Virus record (IMG/VR): IMGVR_UViG_3300033075_000428
Location: 96,001 to 160,000 of that record
Origin: a virus
Taxonomy: Duplodnaviria; Caudoviricetes
Direction: 5' to 3' (one strand)
Length of the DNA stretch: 64,000 bases
Shown here: in pieces, positions 1-7,791 of the stretch
Layout: every line of letters begins with the position of its first letter
Position numbering within the stretch: position 1 is the first letter of the stretch
The notes under the pieces: generated by a model
Seen by the model: only the letters and a program-made list of their open reading frames with translations
Database searches by the model: none
Told to the model about the DNA's origin: nothing
Program-made: the position numbers and the translations under genes

Positions 1-281
1 TCACTCTTGAGAAGGTCAAGGAAATGATTACACATCAAACAGATGTGTACAAGTGGGAGTTCTTGTTCATTGGAGCTAATCAAGACGCTGTTTTGTCTGG
101 GGCTAGTCTGGGTATTCGCGCAAACAATACTATGGCGTTCACCGTTGACAACGATAGTAACAGCAGAATGTACTCGAGAGCCAGTGCGATTACTAGTAAC
201 TATGCAGCAACTGGTGTCATCGACGTTCCAGCTGACCAAGATGCTGACACTGTGGTTAGTTCAACAACGAGCAACACGTAA
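1..281 (+). CDS. C-terminal part of vWA-domain protein (starts before window)
   Basis: WEFLFIGANQDA motif typical of the C-terminal half of phage/bacterial vWA proteins; frame appears open to the window edge. Confidence 0.65.
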   Translation, partial: TLEKVKEMITHQTDVYKWEFLFIGANQDAVLSGASLGIRANNTMAFTVDNDSNSRMYSRASAITSNYAATGVIDVPADQDADTVVSSTTSNT

Positions 282-286
282 CCGCT

Positions 287-586
287 ATGAACCCGAAACA
301 AGTTCAACGTGTCATCAATAACACTCGTAACTTGATTGTTCCACTAGCTTCTCAACCTGAGGAGCTAGTGGCAATTCAAGAGACAATTGATACTCTCAAG
401 AGTTCTCTTGAACTGATACATCTACAGAATAGATTGATTCAAAAACAACGTGAATTAATCTTCTATTTGAATGTATTGTATCGGAGTGATGAAAAGGAAA
501 CGCAACTTGCAATAGAGATTGAAGCTCTCGAGAACAAGATTTCAGAGTTGACAAAACTGGAAGAGCAACATGAGAAAGTTAACTAG
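287..586 (+). CDS. hypothetical coiled-coil protein
   Basis: 99-aa ORF packed between neighbours; heptad-rich; TAG stop. Confidence 0.6.
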   Translation: MNPKQVQRVINNTRNLIVPLASQPEELVAIQETIDTLKSSLELIHLQNRLIQKQRELIFYLNVLYRSDEKETQLAIEIEALENKISELTKLEEQHEKVN

Positions 587-773
587 AGCAGACAGGAGAA
601 GGATTCGTATGCTCAAGTTCAAGAAGCGATGCAAGAATCTTGGTCTTGAACCTGATACCAAAATCTATCATGCGTATCTTTCCCATGGGAAGCCATGTTC
701 TTGTTGGGCTTGTAGACACGAGAAGTACAAGCGCACTGCGGACGAACCACCATTTCTAAACGAGGAAGACTAG
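570..773 (+). CDS. small basic protein with PCSCWAC zinc-binding motif
   Basis: Arg/Lys-rich with HGKPCSCWAC, a common small phage protein pattern; TAG stop. Confidence 0.6.
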   Translation: MRKLTRADRRRIRMLKFKKRCKNLGLEPDTKIYHAYLSHGKPCSCWACRHEKYKRTADEPPFLNEED

Positions 774-775
774 TC

Positions 776-1294
776 ATGAAGAAACTTCTGAGTTTCTGTC
801 TGATGATTGTTGTCGCTACAACGATGGCACTCTCACAAACCCAATCTGATTTCGCAGACTTCTTGCGAGGGGATTGTTCAGCGTTTTTGGTAACAGACTT
901 CGGCCTTACGTTCGAGCGTACTGACCGAATCATCCAAGCAAAGGGACTGTTACTCAAGAACACGTTTATGAAGAAGATTGAAGACTCTGAACGTGGCACC
1001 CTAGAACATAAGGTCGGAGTTTGGGAGAACCTTGATGGTTCCCTAACGATGATTGTGATGTTCGACCAAACAAACGCAAGTTGGTTTGTGACTTTCTCAA
1101 TGAAAGCTCGTTCGGTGAAAGAAGCGAAGAAAATGACGAAGGACGCTCTGGCTATCTTGGAGAAGTCATACCCTGAACCGAAGATTAAGGACATGTTCAC
1201 GAAAGTGTGTGAAACACACATTCTATGCGCTGACCTGAAGGTTGCAGATGACAACGTGATCATGGTTCTCCTCAAGAAGAAATTGGCTGACTAG
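776..1294 (+). CDS. hypothetical exported protein
   Basis: N-terminal signal peptide MKKLLSFCLMIVVATTMALS-Q; TAG stop directly followed by in-frame ATG. Confidence 0.65.
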   Translation: MKKLLSFCLMIVVATTMALSQTQSDFADFLRGDCSAFLVTDFGLTFERTDRIIQAKGLLLKNTFMKKIEDSERGTLEHKVGVWENLDGSLTMIVMFDQTNASWFVTFSMKARSVKEAKKMTKDALAILEKSYPEPKIKDMFTKVCETHILCADLKVADDNVIMVLLKKKLAD

Positions 1295-1756
1295 ATGAAA
1301 GCACCAATCATTATTGACCCGTCAATTCTAGAGAAGATTAAATATGGCCTAGTAACAATGATTACTAGGCCATTATTGGACTCTAACTGTCTTGACATCT
1401 ATTCAGTATTGTGGATCAGACCAGCGTTCAACCACGACAACTATGCTCTGCTCCAGACACGAACAATGGAGAAAGCAAAGCTGAATAATCCATTCGGAGA
1501 AGTGGGTGACGTTATCTTCGTATCATCGAAGACCAAACAAGGGTTTGAGACTATTACTGCAAAAGTAACTGATACATGTTTGGTGAATACATCAACGATA
1601 TCACAACAACAGATACTTGCTTGTGGATTCATCTCAGAGAATGACTTCCAAAAGTACTGGGACAAGACCTACCCCAAGTGTTCTTGGCAGGATAAACCGT
1701 ATGTCTGGTTGGCACAAATCAAGTTTAAAGAAGACCTAATACAGTTTCGTCAGTAA
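1295..1756 (+). CDS. ASCH/PUA-like domain protein
   Basis: TR..., PFGEVGD, 'ISQQQILACGF', 'FQKYWD...WQDKPYVW' pattern of phage ASCH-like proteins. Confidence 0.55.
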   Translation: MKAPIIIDPSILEKIKYGLVTMITRPLLDSNCLDIYSVLWIRPAFNHDNYALLQTRTMEKAKLNNPFGEVGDVIFVSSKTKQGFETITAKVTDTCLVNTSTISQQQILACGFISENDFQKYWDKTYPKCSWQDKPYVWLAQIKFKEDLIQFRQ

Positions 1757-1764
1757 GGAAGACC

Positions 1765-2130
1765 ATGAAATCGTCGCTAAACAAAGAAGAGATTGACAAG
1801 ATATCAACGGACATTGCGAACAACCTGAGAGTATCAATTGATACGACCGTGATATCCGATATCATTCGATTTAGAACCACTGTCCAACCCCTGAAGTGGT
1901 CAGTGGATGAGCAAGGTGTATATCATGCTAGTGACTTCAACGGAGCGATTCGTTACAGCCTAGACCAACGACCAACGTTGACGTGGTTTGCACAGATTAC
2001 TCAAGCGATGAGAACGTTCGATACCCCCGAGTTTCAGATATCTGAACATGAGACACTAAGACAAGCACAAGAAAACTGTGAAGAGTACAGGAGAGGTTTG
2101 ATTCTCCCGCTAATCATCTTCAACGGTTAA
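1765..2130 (+). CDS. hypothetical protein
   Basis: 121-aa ORF with AAGGA RBS; last gene before the convergence point. Confidence 0.6.
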   Translation: MKSSLNKEEIDKISTDIANNLRVSIDTTVISDIIRFRTTVQPLKWSVDEQGVYHASDFNGAIRYSLDQRPTLTWFAQITQAMRTFDTPEFQISEHETLRQAQENCEEYRRGLILPLIIFNG

Positions 2131-2411
2131 GCACCCTGTTCGGTAGGTGCGTGTGTCGTGCATTCGGTGAACACCATCTCCAGTCCGTTAAGCCCTTCCC
2201 TCAACGACGCTATGGCCTTTAGTGCGGCTTCAGCCGCTTCCTTGGGGGAAACTGCGTCTGGTGCCCTGTTACTTATAGTCAGGCTGACCTTATTCACGTA
2301 AGAGGCCAACGTGGTCATGTCTGCTAATAGCTCATTGAACTGACCAGGGAGTTGTCCTATTTTGCTGAACGGCAACACGAATGAGACTTGAAAGTCTTGG
2401 GTAGGCTGCAT
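2127..2411 (-). CDS. hypothetical protein
   Basis: 94-aa ORF, convergent 4-nt overlap with previous gene. Confidence 0.55.
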   Translation of the reverse strand: MQPTQDFQVSFVLPFSKIGQLPGQFNELLADMTTLASYVNKVSLTISNRAPDAVSPKEAAEAALKAIASLREGLNGLEMVFTECTTHAPTEQGA

Positions 2412-2435
2412 TGTTTAACTCTTCAGTAACTGTTC

Positions 2436-2774
2436 TCAGCTACTTGTATCTATGTTGTTGAAAGAAACAGAAGGAGACATGTTGTCATTGGATTCAGTCC
2501 CGTCTTCTTTTGATTTTTTACTGAGCTCTGAAGTCACCAAGCTAAGTCGAGCAACGTCCCCCACTGTGATAGGTATTGCACAGGAAAAGAAGCTCCGTAC
2601 CTTCCCCTTGGGTACTTCTAACAATCGGGCTATCTCCTCTTGTGAGAGTGAGAATTCATCCATTACCTTGTGAACGTTTTCAATGAACTGAAGCTGGTAG
2701 AACAGGCTCAACCTATCTTCACGAGACATTTGTTTCAAAACCGTCGTGAGGAGTTTCTGCTGTTCTGGCTTCAT
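2436..2774 (-). CDS. XRE-like HTH protein
   Basis: LSQEEIARLLEVPKGKVRSF helix-turn-helix. Confidence 0.55.
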   Translation of the reverse strand: MKPEQQKLLTTVLKQMSREDRLSLFYQLQFIENVHKVMDEFSLSQEEIARLLEVPKGKVRSFFSCAIPITVGDVARLSLVTSELSKKSKEDGTESNDNMSPSVSFNNIDTSS

Positions 2775-2874
2775 CTACATGTGACAGACGTTGGTCAACG
2801 GAGAATACAGATAAAACCGTCGTGTGTACAGAATTCACTGAAGACCAGAAAATAGTGTGGACTGGGGAGAATAC

Positions 2875-2907
2875 AAAAATCCCCTCAGTGAGTTAACACT
2901 GAGGGGA
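2875..2907 (-). terminator. intrinsic terminator
   Basis: 11-bp stem TCCCCTCAGTG/CACTGAGGGGA followed by U-tract on - strand, after 2925..3353. Confidence 0.8.
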
Positions 2908-2924
2908 CTTAAGGTGACTCCATT

Positions 2925-3353
2925 TTATTGGAGCGAGAAGACGAATGCGTTCTGGTCACGAGTACGTCCAGCAACAAGCGGGACGAAATCTTCCTTGGAA
3001 GTCTCTGGGAGAACTTCCTTAGGAACGTTGTTCAGGACGACACGAAGCCAGTTACCAAACTGACGAACCGATGTGCCCGAAGCTGCTTCTGCAACTTCTT
3101 GTCCTTCCACGGGTTCAGCTGGCTGAATCACTTTCAGCTTCACAGCCTTCTTCTCCGTGTCGTACAGTACTTCGACCTTTGAGTGGTCGACGATCCCAGC
3201 CTTCTCTGCAAGGTCTGGTGTGAGGAGCAAGACGCACATTTCACGTCCTTCTCCGCCGTCCTTCTTTGCCGTCTTCGCACGCTTGTACTTGACGATGTTG
3301 GAAGGTGCTGTACGCGTTCCACGCGTTGTTGTGGCTTTTGTCCAAGTAGACAT
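2925..3353 (-). CDS. hypothetical, possible AbrB-like swapped-hairpin DNA-binding protein
   Basis: TAGGAG RBS; 'LLTPDLAEKAGIVDHSKVEVLYD' resembles AbrB/MraZ fold; basic N-terminus. Confidence 0.55.
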   Translation of the reverse strand: MSTWTKATTTRGTRTAPSNIVKYKRAKTAKKDGGEGREMCVLLLTPDLAEKAGIVDHSKVEVLYDTEKKAVKLKVIQPAEPVEGQEVAEAASGTSVRQFGNWLRVVLNNVPKEVLPETSKEDFVPLVAGRTRDQNAFVFSLQ

Positions 3354-3484
3354 GACGAACTCCTAGAGAAATGAGAGAGAAAATTACCCTGAAGTGGGTT
3401 GTTTCGAGTCGAGAGGAAAACTTCTAGGTTGCGCCCGATGGACGCGTCTTTTGGGGTCAGCCGTTGTCAAAGAACTACAGTACA

Positions 3485-3513
3485 AATATCGGGGTTTTCA
3501 ACTCTTTGGGCAA
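3485..3513 (-). promoter_or_regulatory. putative sigma70-type (early) promoter
   Basis: TTGCCC-N17-GATATT preceded by TTTTTG; near-identical context at 34454-34482. Confidence 0.45.
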
Positions 3514-3662
3514 CAAAAATTTTGAAGCGATTCAATTTTCTTTGCAACCCAAGTAGGGGAGGGGAGTTAGCTCTGGTTCCCCGAGGGGAAGGGGGGGTTT
3601 AGCTCCAAGGCCAGCCGTCTGACCTTCCTGCCCCCGAAGGGCAGCCGTTAACCTACAGAAGC

Positions 3663-3691
3663 AATATAGCGGTCTCTAGTTCCCTAGGCAA
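3663..3691 (-). promoter_or_regulatory. putative sigma70-type promoter
   Basis: TTGCCT-N17-TATATT with upstream A/T tract, adjacent to the palindrome array. Confidence 0.5.
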
Positions 3692-3712
3692 GAACTTTTT
3701 TGAAAAAGAACA

Positions 3713-3998
3713 CAAGCCCTTTAAGTAAAGGAGTTACGTAGGCTCTAGTAGCTAACCGCCTTTAACTAAAGGGCTTAGAGAAAGCTGGCATAAGACCTTT
3801 AGATAAAGGGCTTAGTACGAAAAGACGTTAACCCTCTTTAGATACAGGGCTTAGTATAGCCCTCTATTAGAGCTAGAGTAGTTGAGGTTAAGAACTTTAC
3901 GTAAAGGGACTTACAAGGATTCTCTGTAAGACCTTTAATAGAAGGAACTTAGGAGAAGAAGAGGATACTAGTTAACTCCCTTTAGATAAAGGGACTTA
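3713..3998. repeat. array of 7 imperfect 24-26 bp palindromes (TAAS-N1-3-CCTTTA-NN-TAAAGG-N1-2-STTA)
   Basis: copies start at 3713, 3753, 3791, 3829, 3889, 3927, 3973. Confidence 0.85.
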
Positions 3999-4201
3999 GC
4001 TCAGCGTTCTATAGGCTCTCTAGGTCTGTCCTAAGGAACGGGTTCAAGGGTTAATACAGCTAGAATTAGGACTCGTCCTAGGGGTCGCTAGGCTCCTTGT
4101 AGGCGTTCTAGCGCCCCTAGCTGGTCGCCTAGCTCCTCTGGCTCCCCTATAGCCGTCGACTACTAAATCCTCTATAGAGCGTAGTAGTACCCTCTATAGG
4201 T

Positions 4202-4294
4202 CGTACTATTAGAGTAGTATCCTATTAGGCTAGTAGTAATAGCGGCGATAGAACGTACTACTAGGGTAGTATCCTATTAGGCTAGTAGTAATAG
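4202..4294. repeat. 41-bp direct repeat, 2 copies
   Basis: CGTACTAYTAGRGTAGTATCCTATTAGGCTAGTAGTAATAG at 4202-4242 and 4254-4294, 2 mismatches. Confidence 0.85.
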
Positions 4295-4340
4295 GTCTCT
4301 AATAGCGCTATATAGCGTCCCGTTCTAAGGGTCTCAATAC

Positions 4341-4371
4341 AAAATACCCCGCTCCTGTGAAAGCGGGGTAT
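4341..4371 (-). terminator. intrinsic terminator
   Basis: ATACCCCGCT/AGCGGGGTAT stem plus U-tract downstream of 4419..4682. Confidence 0.75.
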
Positions 4372-4418
4372 CGTGGTTCGCCAAAACCACGGGAGTCTAG
4401 CTGATATGCACGACCAGC

Positions 4419-4682
4419 TTACGACGGAACTTCTTCAGTGCTGTCCTTCTTGATTCCTCGGTTAGCTAGTCTCGTGATTTCAGACTTCACCGATTGAATC
4501 GCTTCTTGAATACGCTCTTCTTGTGCTGTTGTCAGAACAGCGTTCAGGTCTTCTGGCGCACCGAGTAACTCGTGCATCGAAGCGTTCTCGAGGATACTCA
4601 GAAGGTTCTTGAAGATACGAGACTTGGTCTTCAGCTTCGTACGCAATTCAGGTACCACGTCAAGTGGATTATATTTCGACAT
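4419..4682 (-). CDS. hypothetical protein
   Basis: 87-aa ORF with GGAG RBS and downstream terminator. Confidence 0.65.
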   Translation of the reverse strand: MSKYNPLDVVPELRTKLKTKSRIFKNLLSILENASMHELLGAPEDLNAVLTTAQEERIQEAIQSVKSEITRLANRGIKKDSTEEVPS

Positions 4683-4856
4683 GACAAAATCTCCAAACAG
4701 TAGTGAAAATCGTTACGCTGTCAGCTAATGTCGTTGCTGACCGCTTATGAATGTATATAACGTATAGGTCTATAACTTTGTAACCAACTTTACGCTTACT
4801 GCTAGCATAAATTTTTGTGCCTCAGTTTCTAATACTGTCGGTTTTGTAACCTATAC

Positions 4857-4888
4857 AAGAATCCCCCATGTGTTCATGAGGGATTCTT
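4857..4888 (-). terminator. probable terminator hairpin
   Basis: AAGAATCCC.CATG/CATG.GGGATTCTT just after stop of 4897..5271. Confidence 0.6.
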
Positions 4889-4896
4889 TGTGTGAG

Positions 4897-5271
4897 TCAA
4901 TCGAGACACCAGATGTCAGACACTTCTTTCAAGCTGAGTGGTAGTGGCGTTCCACGATATAATGCCTGTCGAGTCTTTGCTCTAAACCGTTTGTTAGCGT
5001 AATGCTTCCAATGCTGTCTATAGCTTGATGAACCGCCAGTTTTCCACCACCACTCTTTCTTCTTGTAGTGTTCATACCAAACGTTGGTCTTTCCTTCGAT
5101 AAGGTAACGACCACGACAAGTTACCTTCGCTCTTCTTGGAGATATTGTACCCCAACGAGTGAAGTAATTATGCTCAAAGAAGATGGAGTAATCAAGGATC
5201 ATGTTGTCCTCAATCTCTACTCCAGATTCAAGATGCTTGTGCGGTAGTCTGCGACGATAGGTGCGAGACAT
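4897..5271 (-). CDS. small basic phage protein (MSRTYRR... type)
   Basis: AGGAG RBS; Arg/Trp-rich; C-terminal 'NKRFRAKTRQAL' typical of this phage family. Confidence 0.65.
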   Translation of the reverse strand: MSRTYRRRLPHKHLESGVEIEDNMILDYSIFFEHNYFTRWGTISPRRAKVTCRGRYLIEGKTNVWYEHYKKKEWWWKTGGSSSYRQHWKHYANKRFRAKTRQALYRGTPLPLSLKEVSDIWCLD

Positions 5272-5340
5272 GGATACAACTCCTGTTAGTGTAGTTAGTA
5301 TCTCATAGCTGGCTCCTTTCGTGCTGACAAAGGTTGGTGG

Positions 5341-5817
5341 TTAGGGGTCAAGAAGTTTTCCCATCAAATCAGTTACTGACGGTGTATGTACTGGTGCGAA
5401 CACTTGGGTATAGAACAAAACGTTCCGAAGTGTCTCACTCTGTGGGTGATGGTTGATGAGCTCTTTAGCCTGAAGCTCTGACATCACAAAGTATGCTAAG
5501 AGTGTTTCTTCAGGGACAAGGTCGAACTCAATGTTCTGCGTCTGTGTTCGGTCATTGAAAATCTTTACGATTCGTTCAGCGAACTCCCTGATGCTCACGA
5601 GTCTCTTGTGCAAGAATGCGAAGTCCTCGGACGTCAGGTCGTCGAATGTTGTATCAGTGTTAAAGTAAAGAGGGAGAAGTATGTTTTCTAGATAGGTTAC
5701 ATTGATGAATGGTAAATCTTCCTGTTCAAACTTCTCATTGGTTGTATCGCTCATTATGTGCCTCAGTGATGAATCCTCTCCTGTTATTGAAACCCTATCG
5801 GAGAGAATCTTTATCAT
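5341..5817 (-). CDS. hypothetical protein (similar to 13632..14171)
   Basis: 158-aa ORF; shares T.ED..F...RL...R segment with 13632..14171. Confidence 0.6.
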   Translation of the reverse strand: MIKILSDRVSITGEDSSLRHIMSDTTNEKFEQEDLPFINVTYLENILLPLYFNTDTTFDDLTSEDFAFLHKRLVSIREFAERIVKIFNDRTQTQNIEFDLVPEETLLAYFVMSELQAKELINHHPQSETLRNVLFYTQVFAPVHTPSVTDLMGKLLDP

Positions 5818-5838
5818 GACAAGTTCTTGTCTGCGGCA

Positions 5839-6261
5839 TTAATGAACAGTTATGTTTGAGTCACTATTGTGAATCAACTCCTCACGAACTACTTTCTTGT
5901 GGTGTCCCAAGAAAAGAAGCATGTTATCCTCAAAGAACGATTTGACTTCTGGAAATGGAAAATCTTCAGCCAGCGTTACTGACTGCATTGTCTTGTGTAG
6001 CTCATCAAATACCAGTGAGATGATATAACACAATTCATATAAGTCCATTCGAGAAGCAGACAATAGACTTCTGACTTGTTCCTTCACTGTGTCAACACGT
6101 TCCATACGCTCACTGATGTCTCGAGCTTTCACCTTATCAGCGATTTCGCTTGTGGATTCAATGTTGAACACGTTACAAATGTATTTCTCAAGCAGCATTG
6201 TGTACGCAACAGCTGGTGTGGTCAGCTGAGTTACATCTGGTTCATCAACTTGGTCTTGCAT
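5839..6261 (-). CDS. hypothetical protein (similar to 13632..14171)
   Basis: 140-aa ORF; shares ER...L.S...E..Y....F...H.T segment. Confidence 0.6.
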   Translation of the reverse strand: MQDQVDEPDVTQLTTPAVAYTMLLEKYICNVFNIESTSEIADKVKARDISERMERVDTVKEQVRSLLSASRMDLYELCYIISLVFDELHKTMQSVTLAEDFPFPEVKSFFEDNMLLFLGHHKKVVREELIHNSDSNITVH

Positions 6262-6281
6262 TTTACAACTTCATTAAATAT

Positions 6282-6320
6282 GTTAAGCCCAACAACTAGG
6301 GGGGAATTGTCGGGCTTAAC
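6282..6320 (-). terminator. hairpin/terminator after tmRNA
   Basis: GTTAAGCCC.ACAA/TTGT.GGGCTTAAC stem. Confidence 0.55.
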
Positions 6321-6347
6321 ACGAGGCAACGGAAAACAAAAATTGAG

Positions 6348-6765
6348 TGGACGTGGGGGGAGTCGAACCCCCGTCCGAACATCGGTCTATCTCATGGAAT
6401 TACAATCATCGGTCTCAGTTAGTAAGTACTATCATCATTACGTCGAGACCTTCATGATGACGCCCGTCAGTTTGATCATGTCCTACACACGAGCAGTACG
6501 GATTCAACTCCTGTGTAGTAAGTTCATAATGGAGCCTTGACTCCTGCGACACGATGTTCAACTACCTATGAACTAATGCTGACATCGTGGTATCAAACAG
6601 CCTGAGCGTATTGATACTGGGGAACATTAGCCTCTGGGTAGAGGTTAATGACCTTAGCTTGCTTGTTGCCAGTTATGGCTTGTCCAGTTGTATTTACATG
6701 CTCCACCAGACTAGCATGGATTGCCACTTCGACTTCTCTTTGCCCGTCGAAACCTTTACACGCCC
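6348..6765 (-). ncRNA. ssrA: tmRNA; tag ORF 6670..6593 encodes (A)GNKQAKVINLYPEANVPQYQYAQAV*
   Basis: 5' GGGCGTGTAAAGGTTTCGACGGG; 3' GACGGGGGTTCGACTCCCCCCACGTCCA; acceptor stem with G3-U70 Ala determinant; ATAACT resume signal. Confidence 0.93.
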
Positions 6766-6789
6766 AATTTTCAAAGTACTGACATACAC

Positions 6790-6797
6790 TAGAACGA
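6790..6797 (-). promoter_or_regulatory. recurrent intergenic motif TCGTTCTA (putative phage-sigma promoter element)
   Basis: TCGTTCT also at 9516, 17511, 22641, 24126, 31431, 55714, 63636, 63843, all intergenic and on the coding strand. Confidence 0.55.
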
Positions 6798-6804
6798 GGG
6801 TGTT

Positions 6805-7038
6805 CTAGGAAGAAGTTTTCTCAGGTTGCTCTAAATAGTCGGTGCATAATTTCAACTGCTCGAATGGTAGCCGTGTAGCTACTATTCTGTTGTCAAAGAA
6901 ATGAAACTCTGTACCAATAAGTTCTGGTTGAGAAGTCTCAAAGTATATTGGTATAGCAAACATAACCTGCGCTAGATTTACCATAACAGACTTCCCATCC
7001 TGAACTGCTGTAGTCAATATGAAATTGAAGTTCTTCAT
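6805..7038 (-). CDS. hypothetical protein
   Basis: 77-aa ORF, ATGA overlap with upstream gene. Confidence 0.6.
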   Translation of the reverse strand: MKNFNFILTTAVQDGKSVMVNLAQVMFAIPIYFETSQPELIGTEFHFFDNRIVATRLPFEQLKLCTDYLEQPEKTSS

Positions 7039-7238
7039 AGTGTCTCGTTCAGTAACTGCTTACCATTCTTTGATTCATTCTTGGACTTCTCAAGGATGAA
7101 AGTCTGAAGTCCATCTGGAGCACCTGAGTGACTCTTGATTGTCCAACCCTGACTGAGCATTGGAGTCACTTTTGAATCAACTTCATTTGACTGGCAAGAA
7201 ACGATTGTTTGTTGCATGTTATTTTCCTCGTGTGTCAT
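7035..7238 (-). CDS. hypothetical protein
   Basis: 67-aa ORF, coupled overlaps; 'LSQGW.I....FILEK' small-domain pattern. Confidence 0.6.
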   Translation of the reverse strand: MTHEENNMQQTIVSCQSNEVDSKVTPMLSQGWTIKSHSGAPDGLQTFILEKSKNESKNGKQLLNETL

Positions 7239-7768
7239 GAGTACATAAGGTAAAGAGCGTATGCTATACTTGACAGTACTGAGAACGTAATCAAGTGCGC
7301 ACCACTCGGTGTTTTGTGGAAAAGCCTGCTAATGAACCCATAGGGAGTCCACCACAGCCAGTAAAAGTTCCCTGCGTTCCAAAGTGCTTTGGGGGACATT
7401 GCGTCGCCTATGAAGTAGTAGAGCATGTCACAGACACCCCACCACCATAGCCAAAGGAACCCAAGCACCCAAGACCATTCGTGTGTTTCAGAGAAGAGGT
7501 AGTGACACAACATGAGTTGGTACCCTACTTGGAGAACACGATAGACCGTTACGAACTTGTCTACCTTTCTTGCCATTGAAAAGCCCAAGATGTCAAACGT
7601 TGCAAAGTTTACAACGCACAGCCAAACTAACAAAGGGTATGGGAAACTATTGATGGAGCTTACAAGCATAGCAAGTAAGCTAAGCATGTAGAAAGAACTA
7701 GCGGTCTCAGAAATAATGAGACTATAGAATCTCTTTAGACCATCAAAGATGTTTGTGAAGATGTTCAC
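7235..7768 (-). CDS. multi-pass membrane protein
   Basis: several hydrophobic Trp-rich segments. Confidence 0.65.
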   Translation of the reverse strand: MNIFTNIFDGLKRFYSLIISETASSFYMLSLLAMLVSSINSFPYPLLVWLCVVNFATFDILGFSMARKVDKFVTVYRVLQVGYQLMLCHYLFSETHEWSWVLGFLWLWWWGVCDMLYYFIGDAMSPKALWNAGNFYWLWWTPYGFISRLFHKTPSGAHLITFSVLSSIAYALYLMYS

Positions 7769-7791
7769 AATGCCTTCTTGAAACGTAACGG

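Noticed and set aside
3713-3998. CRISPR array
   Set aside because: Repeats are degenerate, linkers are mostly only 13-21 bp and uneven, and there are no cas genes in the window
3600-4340. Hidden ORF readable by amber suppression in the TAG-rich island
   Set aside because: The palindromes place TAA on both strands and the frame I traced hit TAA; no RBS/start or protein-like composition; not all frames were traced
6076-6808. + strand ORFs 6076..6540 and 6587..6808
   Set aside because: Antisense shadows of the tmRNA and neighbouring gene
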